Source of the DNA: a virus
Taxonomy: Duplodnaviria > Heunggongvirae > Uroviricota > Caudoviricetes
Length of the DNA: 64,000 nucleotides
Virus record (IMG/VR): IMGVR_UViG_3300005613_000041
Coordinates: 11,239-75,238 of that record
Reading direction: 5' to 3' (one strand)
Shown here: positions 20,771-30,861 of the stretch, piece by piece
Position numbering within the stretch: the stretch's first letter is position 1
Layout of the letters: each line of letters starts with the position of its first letter
Program-made: the position numbers and the translations under genes
Notes under the pieces: generated by a model
Seen by the model: the letters and a program-made list of their open reading frames with translations, nothing else
The model's database searches: none
What the model was told of the DNA's origin: nothing

Positions 20771-22034
20771 TATATTAGGGTTAACAATAGCAAATACTTC
20801 ATATGGCTTACCATTTAAAAGACCAACTATAATACCATAGTATATGGATTGGACTTTTACGATTGAATAATGAGCTTCTAATTTTTTAGGTCTTTTAGGA
20901 GCATCATTTTTTGGTATAACTTCAGTAACTTTTTCTTTATTTAGATTTGAGATGATGTTATTACGACTACCATCTCTATAGCTTTTTATCTACTACTTTC
21001 ATAATAGTTTGGACTATACCATAATCCTTGTCAGGATTCTTCCATTATAGTCTCTGAACGTCTCGTAATCCATTTATAATCATAACATTCTATTGGACAG
21101 TCTCCAATATAATCAAGAAGTAAAATTAAACCTTTATTTCCTAAATGGTACGCGCCACCTTTTTTATAAGAATAAAACTTTACTTGATTACCAGTAATTT
21201 TTTGAAGTTGTTTTAACACATACTCATTATAATGTTTACAAGATATTTGTCCTCTGTTATTCCAACTTTTACTTTGTTTGGAACTAGAACCATCCCCAAT
21301 ATACCACCAAAGTAGCATAGTAGGTGTTAAATTAATATCAGGTAAAATTTTTCTAAATTGTTTTTGTGTTATCATTATTTCTTTTGGATAAAATAAATTA
21401 TAAATATCCATAAATTCTGGTCTTGTTTCTGTTTGAAAAGTATAAGCATTTACTCCTTTATATATTTCAGAACATTTAATTCCTTCGTTTAAAAAGAAAG
21501 GTATAATATATTCTAAAACTTCTCTATGTTTATCAGTATAAATAAAATGGGGGTATTTGCCTTTTATAGCTAATCTCATCCCACCATCTCCTAAAATCAT
21601 ACCTAATATCATTTCTTTTAAACTATTAGAAATATTAATAGGTTCTTTATAAAAAAAATCTCTTACAGATTCTTTTACATTTCTAATCTTTGTACCAGAT
21701 TTTGCTATTTTATAACGAATCTGTCCAATGTTTTTATTATACTTTTGTGAAAGTTTATTCATACTTTCACCTTGCTTATATTCTTCTATGATTATATCCC
21801 ATAGATTAGGATTTCGCTGCTGATTATCCATTTATACAATTTAAAAAGGTTTAACAATAATATTATACAAAGGTATAACAAAATTATTAAAATTCCAAAT
21901 AAAATTGTATTTATTTTCATTATTTTAAAACATTCACACTTATCATCTCTGATTATGTTGTAGTTAATGAAACTTTAGGAAGTTCCAGCAATTTAGAAAG
22001 TTTTCATCTATATATTACTATATAGAGCCGCCTA
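20771..22034 (-). other. Group I intron 2 of the RNR gene (~1.26 kb) with an embedded LAGLIDADG homing endonuclease gene
   Basis: RNR exon 2 reads ...LKGITVNI then TAG at 22032; the RNR-like frame resumes ~1.25 kb downstream; the same GUUAAC / AAYAUA sequences occur at both candidate junctions; the intron 5' region is homologous to the ATPase-gene intron; boundaries are +/-12 nt. Confidence 0.6.
21031..21831 (-). CDS. LAGLIDADG homing endonuclease (double-motif) with N-terminal HTH-like region, intron-encoded
   Basis: 'LGMILGDGGM' and 'LLWWYIGDGSS' LAGLIDADG motifs; free-standing ORF with its own start inside the RNR intron. Confidence 0.85.
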   Translation of the reverse strand: MDNQQRNPNLWDIIIEEYKQGESMNKLSQKYNKNIGQIRYKIAKSGTKIRNVKESVRDFFYKEPINISNSLKEMILGMILGDGGMRLAIKGKYPHFIYTDKHREVLEYIIPFFLNEGIKCSEIYKGVNAYTFQTETRPEFMDIYNLFYPKEIMITQKQFRKILPDINLTPTMLLWWYIGDGSSSKQSKSWNNRGQISCKHYNEYVLKQLQKITGNQVKFYSYKKGGAYHLGNKGLILLLDYIGDCPIECYDYKWITRRSETIMEES

Positions 22035-23354
22035 TATGTTAACGGTAATACCTTTAAGTTTATAATTCCATGCATCTAGATAGATTCGTGATACAACTTC
22101 TTTTGGTATATCTGATGGAAGATTTATGGTCGAACTTATGGAATGTGATGTAAATTCTTGTAGAATACTTTGCATTTTAATTCTAAACTCCCAATCAATT
22201 TCTTCAGCTTCAACCCAAGGAAGCTCTTTTTTATGAAGTTTGGTAATACTTTCATCATCTGTATCAATACCTTTAACTTTACAATAGTCATAAACTCTTG
22301 GGTGTATAGTACTATATTTTTTAAATTTTTGACCATCTTTGTCTATATAATCATAATCTTCTGTTTTGTCTTCTACTTTAACAGATCTAGTACTAAACAT
22401 AGAATAAATAGGTTCCATTCCACTACTTACACCATGTTCAAGAGACTTACTACCTGTAGGAGCAATTGTACTCCACGATACATGTCTTCTACCGAACTTG
22501 CTCATTCTTTTCCATTGTTCAGGATACTCTGATTCTATAAATTCATAAAATGAATTACCTCCTTGTTCAAGATTAATATCAAATCCTTTAAATGGTCCAA
22601 ATCTGATTGACAAATCAATAGTTGAATCAAGTTCAGCTCTCATTTTAATTTTCATGATAGCTTTAGCATTCATTAATCCATTCTCAGAATCATATCTGAT
22701 GTTAAGAGCTGCTAAAACATCAGCTAATCCCATAATACCTAATCCAATTCTTCTACTATTAACAACATTTCTTCTAATAGTATTCCACAGATTAAATTCT
22801 TCCAGTTCAAATTGTTGTGAAACAGTAATATGTCTAATAATCCTATCAATTGCTTCGATTTCTAGATCAACTAGAATATCCATTAAAATAATGGATTCAT
22901 AAACATATTGATAAAATTTATCACCATCAAATACTGCATTTTCCGTAAAAGGATTTTCCACAAAATTATAAAGATTCATATGACCGAGAATACAGCTAGC
23001 ATACGGTTGAAACCATATCTCACTACAAGGATTACATACTGAACCTTTATACTCTTTGTATACACTATCAGGTGCATAATTATTATGATTGTCACTAAAG
23101 ACAATTCCAGGTTCAGCTACACTATGAGCAGCATCAATGATTTTATCCCATAATACTCTAGCTTTTACTTTTGATGAATATTCATCATTATCACCAAAAT
23201 ACAATTCATAATCTTCATCATTGATTACTGCCTCCATAAAATCATCAGTAATATCAATTGATAAATTAGCACCTGTTAGTTTAGTTAAATCCTTTTTGAC
23301 TTCAATAAATTTCTCAATATCAGGATGATGAATATTAAGAAGTACCATCAACGC
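22035..23354 (-). CDS. Ribonucleotide reductase (class II-like) exon 2
   Basis: Begins 'ALMVLLNIHHPDIEKFI' (RNR HPDI motif); active-site 'VCNPCSEIW'; 'STIAPTGS' and 'TINLP' RNR motifs; ends 'KLKGITV..'; the annotated Met is a TTG artefact; a 5' splice junction is required. Confidence 0.8.
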
Positions 23355-23692
23355 CTAAGGTTTAAATACCTTATTAGACTATATCTTCAGATAAGACTAA
23401 GTTCTTATCCACCTATGCGCTTCCAAACAATGAATTTCACATTGAATGTACTTTACTCGGTTACTCACCATTAACTGTAATGGTTGTCCTTTCAATAGTC
23501 GTTACACTTTCATTAGTATATTCAAAATATAAACCTTGCCTTTTACTTTTTGTAATAGAATTTGGTCATTAATATACTAATGCTTAGCACGGTATTATTA
23601 TATATTCGGCAAATATATAGTTTCCACCGTTAGCCCTTATAAAGGACACCCTATATTTATAGGTTCACATAGTTTTGAGGCACATTTTGTTT
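23355..23692 (-). other. Group I intron 1 of the RNR gene (338 nt, no ORF)
   Basis: Exon 1 ends ...NGRRG (GGU, 5' splice site after U) and exon 2 starts ALMVLL, restoring the conserved RNR 'RRGALM..HPDI' sequence exactly; intron ends in G (omega-G); core has GACUA...UAGUC P7-like pairing. Confidence 0.8.
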
Positions 23693-24223
23693 ACCTCTTC
23701 GTCCATTCTGAGCTACTTCATTTGTAGTACGACTATATCTCTCAGCAAATGAAATTACTCCCGTAGATGTCTTAGCAGCATTGTTTACTGTTGCTCCTTC
23801 TGGTCTTAGTGTTGATAGATTAATACCAACACCACCTCTTCTTTTCATAATATTAGCCAATTCAGCATCTTTCTCGATAATACCAACATAACTATCTCTA
23901 GGAGAGGCTATACCATAACAGTTACTTAGACTACCAATCTGTTTAGTTCCTATTAAAGCTGTAGGACTGCCAGCATAAGTAAAAAGTTTTTCTTTAAATA
24001 TACTACTCAATTGATCGAAAGATAACTCTTTTCTTTTTTGTCCATATTCAGATAAATCATTCTTATCATGAATAACTTCTTTATGTGTTCGTTGACTCAT
24101 AATTCTTATAATTTCAGATACTATTGTATCATATCTATCATAAACAGAATTTTCATCTTTATCTTTATACTTTTTATTCCATATTAATTCTCCGAGAGGA
24201 TTATTATCAAAGTAATTATTCAT
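23693..24223 (-). CDS. Ribonucleotide reductase (class II-like) exon 1 (N-terminal ~177 aa)
   Basis: 'LSNCYGIA' and 'RRGGVGINLSTLRP' resemble the RNR N-terminal Cys and GGG(I/V)Gxx(S)xLR loop; ends with RRG at the splice site. Confidence 0.75.
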
Positions 24224-24292
24224 TTATTTAATTATTCATAAGTTTTTTATGTGAAACTTATAAGTTTCACATATTATGTTTATTCTATTAAT

Positions 24293-24511
24293 CTATAGAA
24301 TAGTTGTTGAATCAACAATCATTTTATATTTTACTAACTCAAATAGATAAAATTCTTTATAATATGAAAATGAACCATAACAAAGACTTAAAGATGACGT
24401 AGCATGACGTCTCTTTTTAAATAATTTTCCATCTTGCTCATTTTGAGTCCAATTTCCACTACCATTATACCATAGATTAGTTATAATATTTCTTATTCTG
24501 AATGCTTCCAT
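24293..24511 (-). CDS. Hypothetical small protein (72 aa)
   Basis: ORF only. Confidence 0.2.
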   Translation of the reverse strand: MEAFRIRNIITNLWYNGSGNWTQNEQDGKLFKKRRHATSSLSLCYGSFSYYKEFYLFELVKYKMIVDSTTIL

Positions 24512-24581
24512 ACCTTTATTTGTTTATTATTCACCAATTTCCACTTATTCAAATCAATCGGAGTAGAAAAATTAAAAATTT

Positions 24582-25493
24582 TCATATTAATTCTTGTTTT
24601 ACAAATTGGTTTTGTAAATCTATCATCAGATCTCTCATTTGTGGATGTGCTGCTTTATCACATCTTAATTCAAATATATGTTTCCATTCTTCAATGGTAG
24701 CTTTTACTACTATTTCTGTTTTAAGAGCATTAGGAAGTATTTCTCTAGCTTGTTCTGGTTTCCAATTAAAATTTCTCAAATGTTTATAGTTCATTTCAGT
24801 ATAAAACAATTGCTCACAAAATAAGTTAGAGGAATCCCATACATTTTTAGAATTATCATACCAAGGTGGTTCTATAAATTCAATATCACCTTTTTCATCA
24901 CAATATCTTGTAGATTTTTGAGCAAAACTACACAATCTATGTCTAACTAGTTCATGCGTCACTCCACGATTAGTTATAAATTTAACTGTAACTTTCTTCT
25001 TTTCCTCAATGTCTCCTGTAAATCCTGATATTTCTCTATTACATTTTAATATTTTTCTATCACCTGTAATAATTTTAGATAAATTAAAAATAAAAGCATT
25101 ATAAAAAGATATTGCAACTTCTGATTCTTCTTCAATATTATCACTTTCAAGATACTCTATAATTTCTAATCCTGCTCTTGGATTAATTATCACTATAATA
25201 CCATTATGACAATCATGTGATAAAAAATCTATACTATGAAAACAAGATAGATGAAGAAATCGAACAAAAAAATAATGAGCTTCTAAATCATCTAAATAAA
25301 GTATAATATCTTTACCAAATTCTAACATCGCATAGTGCTTTCTTTTGATGAGATTTTCTACCAACTTAATAGCAGAACTATCATCTTCAGTAATTTTATC
25401 TTCACTTTTATAACATACTCTAGCGGCTCTTTCTATATCTTTAAGAGAGCCTTGTGATTCCCATATTTCAGAAGATTGTTTTACTAACTCCAT
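24582..25493 (-). CDS. thyX: Flavin-dependent thymidylate synthase ThyX
   Basis: ThyX signature 'RHRLCSFAQKSTRY' (RHRxxxxxxxSxRY) and C-terminal 'AREILPNALKTEIVVKATIEEWKHIFELRCDKAAHPQMRDL'. Confidence 0.85.
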   Translation of the reverse strand: MELVKQSSEIWESQGSLKDIERAARVCYKSEDKITEDDSSAIKLVENLIKRKHYAMLEFGKDIILYLDDLEAHYFFVRFLHLSCFHSIDFLSHDCHNGIIVIINPRAGLEIIEYLESDNIEEESEVAISFYNAFIFNLSKIITGDRKILKCNREISGFTGDIEEKKKVTVKFITNRGVTHELVRHRLCSFAQKSTRYCDEKGDIEFIEPPWYDNSKNVWDSSNLFCEQLFYTEMNYKHLRNFNWKPEQAREILPNALKTEIVVKATIEEWKHIFELRCDKAAHPQMRDLMIDLQNQFVKQELI

Positions 25494-25499
25494 ATTTAT

Positions 25500-25820
25500 T
25501 TATTTTTCATTTAACATTTCTAAGATTCTTTTAGATAATCTCTCCTCACCATCTTTAATGCCTTTTTCACAACCAATATAAAAGGCATCGTCGATGTTTC
25601 CACCACATATGCCATAAATATCTTCAAAATCAATATTATCAGATTCTTTTTCAACTATTGATTTTAGATATTTTTTTATTGATTTTATTTTATTATATAG
25701 TTCTAAATTTTCCTCTTTTAAACTATAGACATTTTCATATGTCATATCTTCAGGTGTTACTTCAATGTTACTCATATTTAATTCTCCTATTTTCTTTAAT
25801 TTCATAAACAACAATTTCAA
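25500..25820 (-). CDS. Hypothetical protein (106 aa)
   Basis: ORF in the minus-strand operon; no recognisable motif. Confidence 0.35.
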   Translation of the reverse strand: MKLLFMKLKKIGELNMSNIEVTPEDMTYENVYSLKEENLELYNKIKSIKKYLKSIVEKESDNIDFEDIYGICGGNIDDAFYIGCEKGIKDGEERLSKRILEMLNEK

Positions 25821-25854
25821 CAGATTTATTTTTTAATATCAATATACCTTATAA

Positions 25855-26496
25855 TCATATTGGTATATTTATCAATTTATCATTTTCAAATGCTTTAACT
25901 GGAGATATGAGACCACAAATATCAAATTGATATTTAAGTTTATAGTAGCTCTGAGATGTATCTACTTTGAATTTGATAATGTTACCATATCCATAGTTCT
26001 CGATTATCACAGGAAATCGGGTATGTGGTCTTTTGATACACACTGAATTAATAAGAGTAGATAGGATACTCATCCGTGATGAATCAAGGATCAATCTTTG
26101 ATCAGATAATGCCTTATCACCCGGGATAACAGACCTCCAGTCAGGGAAAGGCTTATTATACTGACTGGTGAGATCATAAGCGTATTCCTGCTCATCAGAT
26201 AGAAATTCTCCATATTTAGAAGCATAAGTAAATCTTATATGTTTATCATTTACTTCCTCAATCATAGTACGACGATTAGAGACATCTGGTAAAATACATG
26301 TTGGTATTGATAATGAAAAATCAAGATTTTGAAATGGAATTTTAGGAGTGATGACTACCAGTATATCCCCATTTGTGATAACAAACCCACCGATCTTATG
26401 ATCATAATATGCACAATGTATAGAATTATTAATATTCTTACTAATTAGCCTAGATAATGAATATTTAGTAAACGGAATAAATATTTTACATTTCAT
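25855..26496 (-). CDS. Hypothetical protein (213 aa)
   Basis: ORF in operon context. Confidence 0.4.
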   Translation of the reverse strand: MKCKIFIPFTKYSLSRLISKNINNSIHCAYYDHKIGGFVITNGDILVVITPKIPFQNLDFSLSIPTCILPDVSNRRTMIEEVNDKHIRFTYASKYGEFLSDEQEYAYDLTSQYNKPFPDWRSVIPGDKALSDQRLILDSSRMSILSTLINSVCIKRPHTRFPVIIENYGYGNIIKFKVDTSQSYYKLKYQFDICGLISPVKAFENDKLINIPI

Positions 26497-26537
26497 AATA
26501 GTAATTAAATTTATTTGGTGGGATAGTCTTATCTAAA

Positions 26538-26954
26538 TTAAAATTCTTTTTTTTGTAATAAAAATTCTCCATCTTTTATTTTCATATAAACAATTTTTGT
26601 TGGATTACTGTAACGTACATAAGCTCTACCACCATCAATGAAATTATCCTTGATCTTAATAAAATCATGACGATGTTGAGAATAATAATAGTCACCATCC
26701 TCTACAAGCATATAAAAATCAAGATCTTCTATATAATCAGCATTCGTTATATAAGCTTTTTTATCAAAAGTTGTTATACCAAAATACCTATTTCCGAATT
26801 TTTCATGTGGTGTATCTCGATAAAATATATCATAAGCATATGTAGTATTAGGGTCAATACTTGATGTACACACATATTTTATAGGTACACCATCTTTTTT
26901 AGTATAATGTTTCTCGATATCTTTTATATTGAGAATCGGATAATGTTTAATCAT
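26538..26954 (-). CDS. Hypothetical protein (138 aa)
   Basis: ORF in operon context. Confidence 0.4.
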   Translation of the reverse strand: MIKHYPILNIKDIEKHYTKKDGVPIKYVCTSSIDPNTTYAYDIFYRDTPHEKFGNRYFGITTFDKKAYITNADYIEDLDFYMLVEDGDYYYSQHRHDFIKIKDNFIDGGRAYVRYSNPTKIVYMKIKDGEFLLQKKEF

Positions 26955-27409
26955 AATTTAACTTTTGTTATTTCATGTTCCCATATTACGATTTTACCTG
27001 ATTTCATATGAAATACAGGATTAAAAAATTTTTTTACTACTATATCTGAATACAATCCATGTCGTTCTATCACTTCTCCATTTTCAATATAAAAACATGA
27101 TTCTCCATTATAAGTAATATTTTCAATAGTATCTAGAACTCCTTCATTTGTTTCACTTTCTTGTACAAAAACTGTATCACCTATATTAAATTTAGTAGGT
27201 GACTTAACAATTTTTGTTTCTGCTGGGATTATTTTTTTATCTATCTTATCCCATACACCACTAAATAATTGACTAAGATTTTTATCTATTGGAGTACAAT
27301 CCCTACAATCTTCTCCAACAAAATCAATCTCCCAAAAAGGTACTAATTCATTGTTTTTTGTTATAGCATATGGCATTGGGATATACCGGTCTTCATTATA
27401 ATTAGGCAT
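26951..27409 (-). CDS. Hypothetical protein (152 aa)
   Basis: ORF; 4-nt start/stop overlap with its neighbour suggests translational coupling. Confidence 0.4.
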   Translation of the reverse strand: MPNYNEDRYIPMPYAITKNNELVPFWEIDFVGEDCRDCTPIDKNLSQLFSGVWDKIDKKIIPAETKIVKSPTKFNIGDTVFVQESETNEGVLDTIENITYNGESCFYIENGEVIERHGLYSDIVVKKFFNPVFHMKSGKIVIWEHEITKVKL

Positions 27410-27421
27410 ATTTGTATTATT

Positions 27422-27649
27422 TTAATTTAAATTTTTCATATTCCAATCAATATTTTTAATAGTCTTTGTTTTTTCAGATTTTAATTTTTCAATTAATTCT
27501 AACATACTCTTAATTCGAGATATAGCTAGTTCACCAATACTACGACAATCTCTAGTCTCTTTTGCTAAATCATCAAGATTCCTAAATTCCATACCCTCAA
27601 GTACATCTCGATAATTTTTAACAGCTCTTTTTAAATCTTTTTTTCTCAT
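27422..27649 (-). CDS. Hypothetical small protein (75 aa)
   Basis: ORF only. Confidence 0.3.
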   Translation of the reverse strand: MRKKDLKRAVKNYRDVLEGMEFRNLDDLAKETRDCRSIGELAISRIKSMLELIEKLKSEKTKTIKNIDWNMKNLN

Positions 27650-27721
27650 AATATTAATTTTGATATTCTACAATTGTCAAGTTTATATCTTGTAAGTATT
27701 TCTAAAGTTTTATTTAAAAGA

Positions 27722-28099
27722 TTACTCATAAATATTTCCAATAACTTCGAGAGTACTGTTTAGTAATACTATATTTCTAACAATATAAGAATCACTGATA
27801 AAATCTTTAATTATTTTTATTCTTATTGGTCGTATTTGCTTTCCATTCTCTACCTCATAACCTTTCCATTCTACTATATCACCTTCATAAATTTCTTTAT
27901 CATTTTTATCTTTTACTCCAAGATATTGCATTATCTCTACATTATCTATAGAAGTACACATGGTTGCTTTTGAACCATCTGAGGTAATAGATCGACTATC
28001 TGTAAGAATAATATCTGTCCATGTTCCCATGTTCAAACATATCACATCTTCCATAATACCAAGTGGTTTAACCCATGCACGAAATTTAATTTTTCTCAT
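27722..28099 (-). CDS. Hypothetical protein (125 aa)
   Basis: ORF only. Confidence 0.35.
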   Translation of the reverse strand: MRKIKFRAWVKPLGIMEDVICLNMGTWTDIILTDSRSITSDGSKATMCTSIDNVEIMQYLGVKDKNDKEIYEGDIVEWKGYEVENGKQIRPIRIKIIKDFISDSYIVRNIVLLNSTLEVIGNIYE

Positions 28100-28117
28100 A
28101 AAATTAAATTTTAAATT

Positions 28118-28142
28118 AAAAAAAGGGGAGAATTAACTCCCC
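28118..28142 (-). terminator. Rho-independent terminator after ORF 28154..28585
   Basis: Minus strand reads GGGGAG-UUAAUU-CUCCCC followed by U7. Confidence 0.5.
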
Positions 28143-28153
28143 TATAATTACTA

Positions 28154-28585
28154 TTAATCATCATCAGGTCTTATTTCAAAATTATTGATATCATCATATA
28201 GTTTATCAATATTTTCATAACATTCTTGTTTGACTTTATAATCATCATTATAAAATGATTTAGCATATTCTTTAACTTCTGCTGATCCATTTTCAACTAG
28301 TGAATAAACTACTTGTTCAAACAAAGCTTGTGATCTGATCATTGATTCATAAGAATCTTTTAATTTTTTAAGTTCAGTTAAAGTCTTCTTTTTATTCTTG
28401 ACATAAGCCATTTCAACTTTAACATCAGCTAATACATCATTACTTTTTGCTTTTCGAAAAGCATCTGTAATATCTTTTAGTAGCTGTACTAATATAACTG
28501 AAATATTTTTACTTACTTTTTTTGTGTATTTTACTACTGGAATTTGATTTTTTTTCATTTTTTTCTTTTTTGTTTTCAATTTCAA
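28154..28585 (-). CDS. Hypothetical Lys-rich protein (143 aa)
   Basis: ORF only. Confidence 0.35.
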   Translation of the reverse strand: MKLKTKKKKMKKNQIPVVKYTKKVSKNISVILVQLLKDITDAFRKAKSNDVLADVKVEMAYVKNKKKTLTELKKLKDSYESMIRSQALFEQVVYSLVENGSAEVKEYAKSFYNDDYKVKQECYENIDKLYDDINNFEIRPDDD

Positions 28586-28850
28586 GTTCTAATAAAAATA
28601 TACCACAACATAAAAGATGAGCTAAATGATAATTATCTGATTCAGAATCAAATAGTTCACCTTTTCTATAAGCTTCAAGATGTCTCATTAAAGCCGCAAT
28701 ATATCTATCTTTCCAGTTTTCCACATATTTCCAATTATTAGGAGCATATTTTTTAGCTCCGAATGTTAGTATTTCAACTACTTTTTCAATTGAAAGTGGT
28801 GGTAATAAATCATATCTTAATTTTTCGTTATCAAATTTTTTTCCTTCCAT
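28509..28850 (-). CDS. Putative dATP/dGTP pyrophosphohydrolase-like domain protein
   Basis: 'LTFGAKKYAPNNW ... RYIAALMRHLEAYRKGELFDSESDNYHLAHLLCCGIFLL' matches the KYxxxNW / RHxxxxxxGxxxDxES...HLAH pattern of phage dNTP pyrophosphohydrolase N-domains; recalled family pattern, not searched. Confidence 0.35.
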   Translation of the reverse strand: MEGKKFDNEKLRYDLLPPLSIEKVVEILTFGAKKYAPNNWKYVENWKDRYIAALMRHLEAYRKGELFDSESDNYHLAHLLCCGIFLLELEIENKKEKNEKKSNSSSKIHKKSK

Positions 28851-29448
28851 TAGTTAATAAAATATGAGAGTTAAAATACTCCATGTGGTCAATTGGAAAG
28901 TCATATTCGTCAATCATCATGGTGTTAATAACATCATCATCAATAGAATAGTAAGACTTGATTCTGTTAATATATAATTCCTTAGCTGAATCATCTTTAT
29001 TTATTACAGAGATAGCTTCTTTCCAATAGGAAATTCTTTTATCATAAATATTAGATAATTCTTTATTACATAATATTTTAGAATATCTAGAATTTTTAAA
29101 TTCATTGAATGAAATTTGTATTTCTTCTGGAATACTGAATACTAACATATGATAACCATCAAACATATTGAAAGTATAATCATTTTCGTAAAAAGGTAAA
29201 TCTCGACTCATGTCAAGAACAATATCCATTTTATCTTTCTTTGTTCTTAATACATCTATAAGTACAAACAAATGATTATCGTATGATTTAGTTAATAGCG
29301 CGTCTCCAATACCGTATGCAGCAAATTTAACTCTATTTTTAAATATAGAATCTAAATATATATTTCTATATTTTTCCCAAAAAATTGGTTTAAAATATTT
29401 CAAAGTCTTATTAACAAAAACTTTTCCATGTTCTAATTTCATATCCAT
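28831..29448 (-). CDS. Hypothetical protein (205 aa)
   Basis: ORF only. Confidence 0.35.
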   Translation of the reverse strand: MDMKLEHGKVFVNKTLKYFKPIFWEKYRNIYLDSIFKNRVKFAAYGIGDALLTKSYDNHLFVLIDVLRTKKDKMDIVLDMSRDLPFYENDYTFNMFDGYHMLVFSIPEEIQISFNEFKNSRYSKILCNKELSNIYDKRISYWKEAISVINKDDSAKELYINRIKSYYSIDDDVINTMMIDEYDFPIDHMEYFNSHILLTNGRKKI

Positions 29449-30491
29449 TGATGTTTGTTAATGTAATCTCCACTATTAACAAATTTATCCCAATTAGAAA
29501 TTAAATCCATTATTCCAATCTTTTCTTTAAATGTTATTTTTCGTGTATCTTGATTATCAAATGTTAATCCAGCTATAGCACATTCTTTAGCTCCATATAA
29601 AGTTTCATTAATTGTATCTTCTTTAACTCTATAAATCATAGGTTCACTTTCAGGATACCTTTTCGACATTACATGGAATTCAAAAGGACTAATTTCATAA
29701 GCAGGATATAACCGCTTTAATCCTTCAGTATAAAAAGCTGCTTGAATATTATATCCAAACTTCCAGAAACTTTGTGGAAAATTAATTACATCATCTTCCA
29801 TAGTTTTAACATCAATCGGTGTTATAGTTCTATTATTAGTAACAAGAATATCAATCAAGGCTTTACATTCTTGACCTAACATAGTCCAATTAATATGTTT
29901 CTGACATTCAATTCTATCAAATGTTCCTCTTTTTGAAGAATGTGGTAAAGTAAGACCAGTATATACGTTATTATGGAATCTTTCAACAATAGAATCAACT
30001 ACCATTGATTCTTCATAAGATAATATGATTTTTCCATCAGCTTCCTTTAACTGTTCATAAAATTCATGTCCTTGTTCTACAACTTTTTTAAATCTTGTTT
30101 CAGGTTTATAACTCTGAAATACGTCTATAACTTCACAAGCTTCATTAATTAAACCTGTGTCTGTATTACTTAGATTTAAACTTTTATCTATAAGATTGTT
30201 TTTCCCATATATATATCTACACAATTTCATGATATTTTCTGAAGGATAATCTTCGAAAGAAGAAACAAAAAATTCTTTATTAAAAACATCTATGTCCATT
30301 GTTAATTTTACATCAACAGCAGAGCCAATTTTATTATGCTTTTTTGTTTCTTCATACGATTCTTCTCTACTTAATTGTGCTTCATTAAAAGATGAAAAAC
30401 AATAACATCTTTTTAAAAAAGATTGACTAATCGCAGGATCGTTATAATATTCTTCTATTCCTTCTATCGTATTAAAATGTACATTATTCAT
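29439..30491 (-). CDS. Hypothetical protein (350 aa)
   Basis: ORF only. Confidence 0.4.
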   Translation of the reverse strand: MNNVHFNTIEGIEEYYNDPAISQSFLKRCYCFSSFNEAQLSREESYEETKKHNKIGSAVDVKLTMDIDVFNKEFFVSSFEDYPSENIMKLCRYIYGKNNLIDKSLNLSNTDTGLINEACEVIDVFQSYKPETRFKKVVEQGHEFYEQLKEADGKIILSYEESMVVDSIVERFHNNVYTGLTLPHSSKRGTFDRIECQKHINWTMLGQECKALIDILVTNNRTITPIDVKTMEDDVINFPQSFWKFGYNIQAAFYTEGLKRLYPAYEISPFEFHVMSKRYPESEPMIYRVKEDTINETLYGAKECAIAGLTFDNQDTRKITFKEKIGIMDLISNWDKFVNSGDYINKHQWI

Positions 30492-30861
30492 TATTTATAA
30501 TTTTTACAAAATCATTTAAAGAGAGTATGACTAAAGTATCATATTCTTCACGTCTTTTTCCTTGACCAACATATTTTTTATGAATAATAACATTAGGATT
30601 ATTCTTTACAACATGATCATCAGGAAGATTGTTATTTATTTTTTCTTTTATAGATTTTAATTCTTTTGAGTAGTTCAAACTTCTCTGTTTACCAGATTTC
30701 GCTTGAACATTATACGGTAAATTACTAAGATCAATACCACAAGAGTCTAACAATTTACTTTCTTCCCTCGTGGTACGACAATGAGTAAAACCTAAAGAAC
30801 GAAAGAGAGCTGCTAACTCTCTTTCTAATCTATGACCTAAGTTTCTTTCCTTATTTCCCAT
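30484..30861 (-). CDS. Hypothetical protein, possibly a small nuclease/resolvase-like fold
   Basis: Weak resemblance only ('GHRLERELAALFRSLGF...D...D'). Confidence 0.2.
   Translation of the reverse strand: MGNKERNLGHRLERELAALFRSLGFTHCRTTREESKLLDSCGIDLSNLPYNVQAKSGKQRSLNYSKELKSIKEKINNNLPDDHVVKNNPNVIIHKKYVGQGKRREEYDTLVILSLNDFVKIINNE

Noticed and set aside
22032-22034. In-frame TAG ending RNR exon 2, considered as possible stop-codon recoding (common in crAss-like phages)
   Set aside because: The RNR-like frame does not continue in frame directly after the TAG. It resumes ~1.26 kb downstream, past a free-standing LAGLIDADG endonuclease gene, and no suppressor tRNA (CUA/UCA anticodon) was found. 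A group I intron explains it better.
20267-22902. Plus-strand ORFs 20267..20635, 20616..20840, 22170..22532, 22654..22902 and minus ORF 22136..22336
   Set aside because: They are antisense to RNR exons or lie within the intron. Translations are Ile/Phe/Leu-rich low complexity, consistent with chance ORFs in AT-rich DNA.
20642-23692. Inteins as the explanation for the split RNR gene
   Set aside because: An intein must be in frame with both exteins. Both inserts contain stops and long non-coding flanks, the endonuclease has its own start, and intron 1 has no ORF at all.
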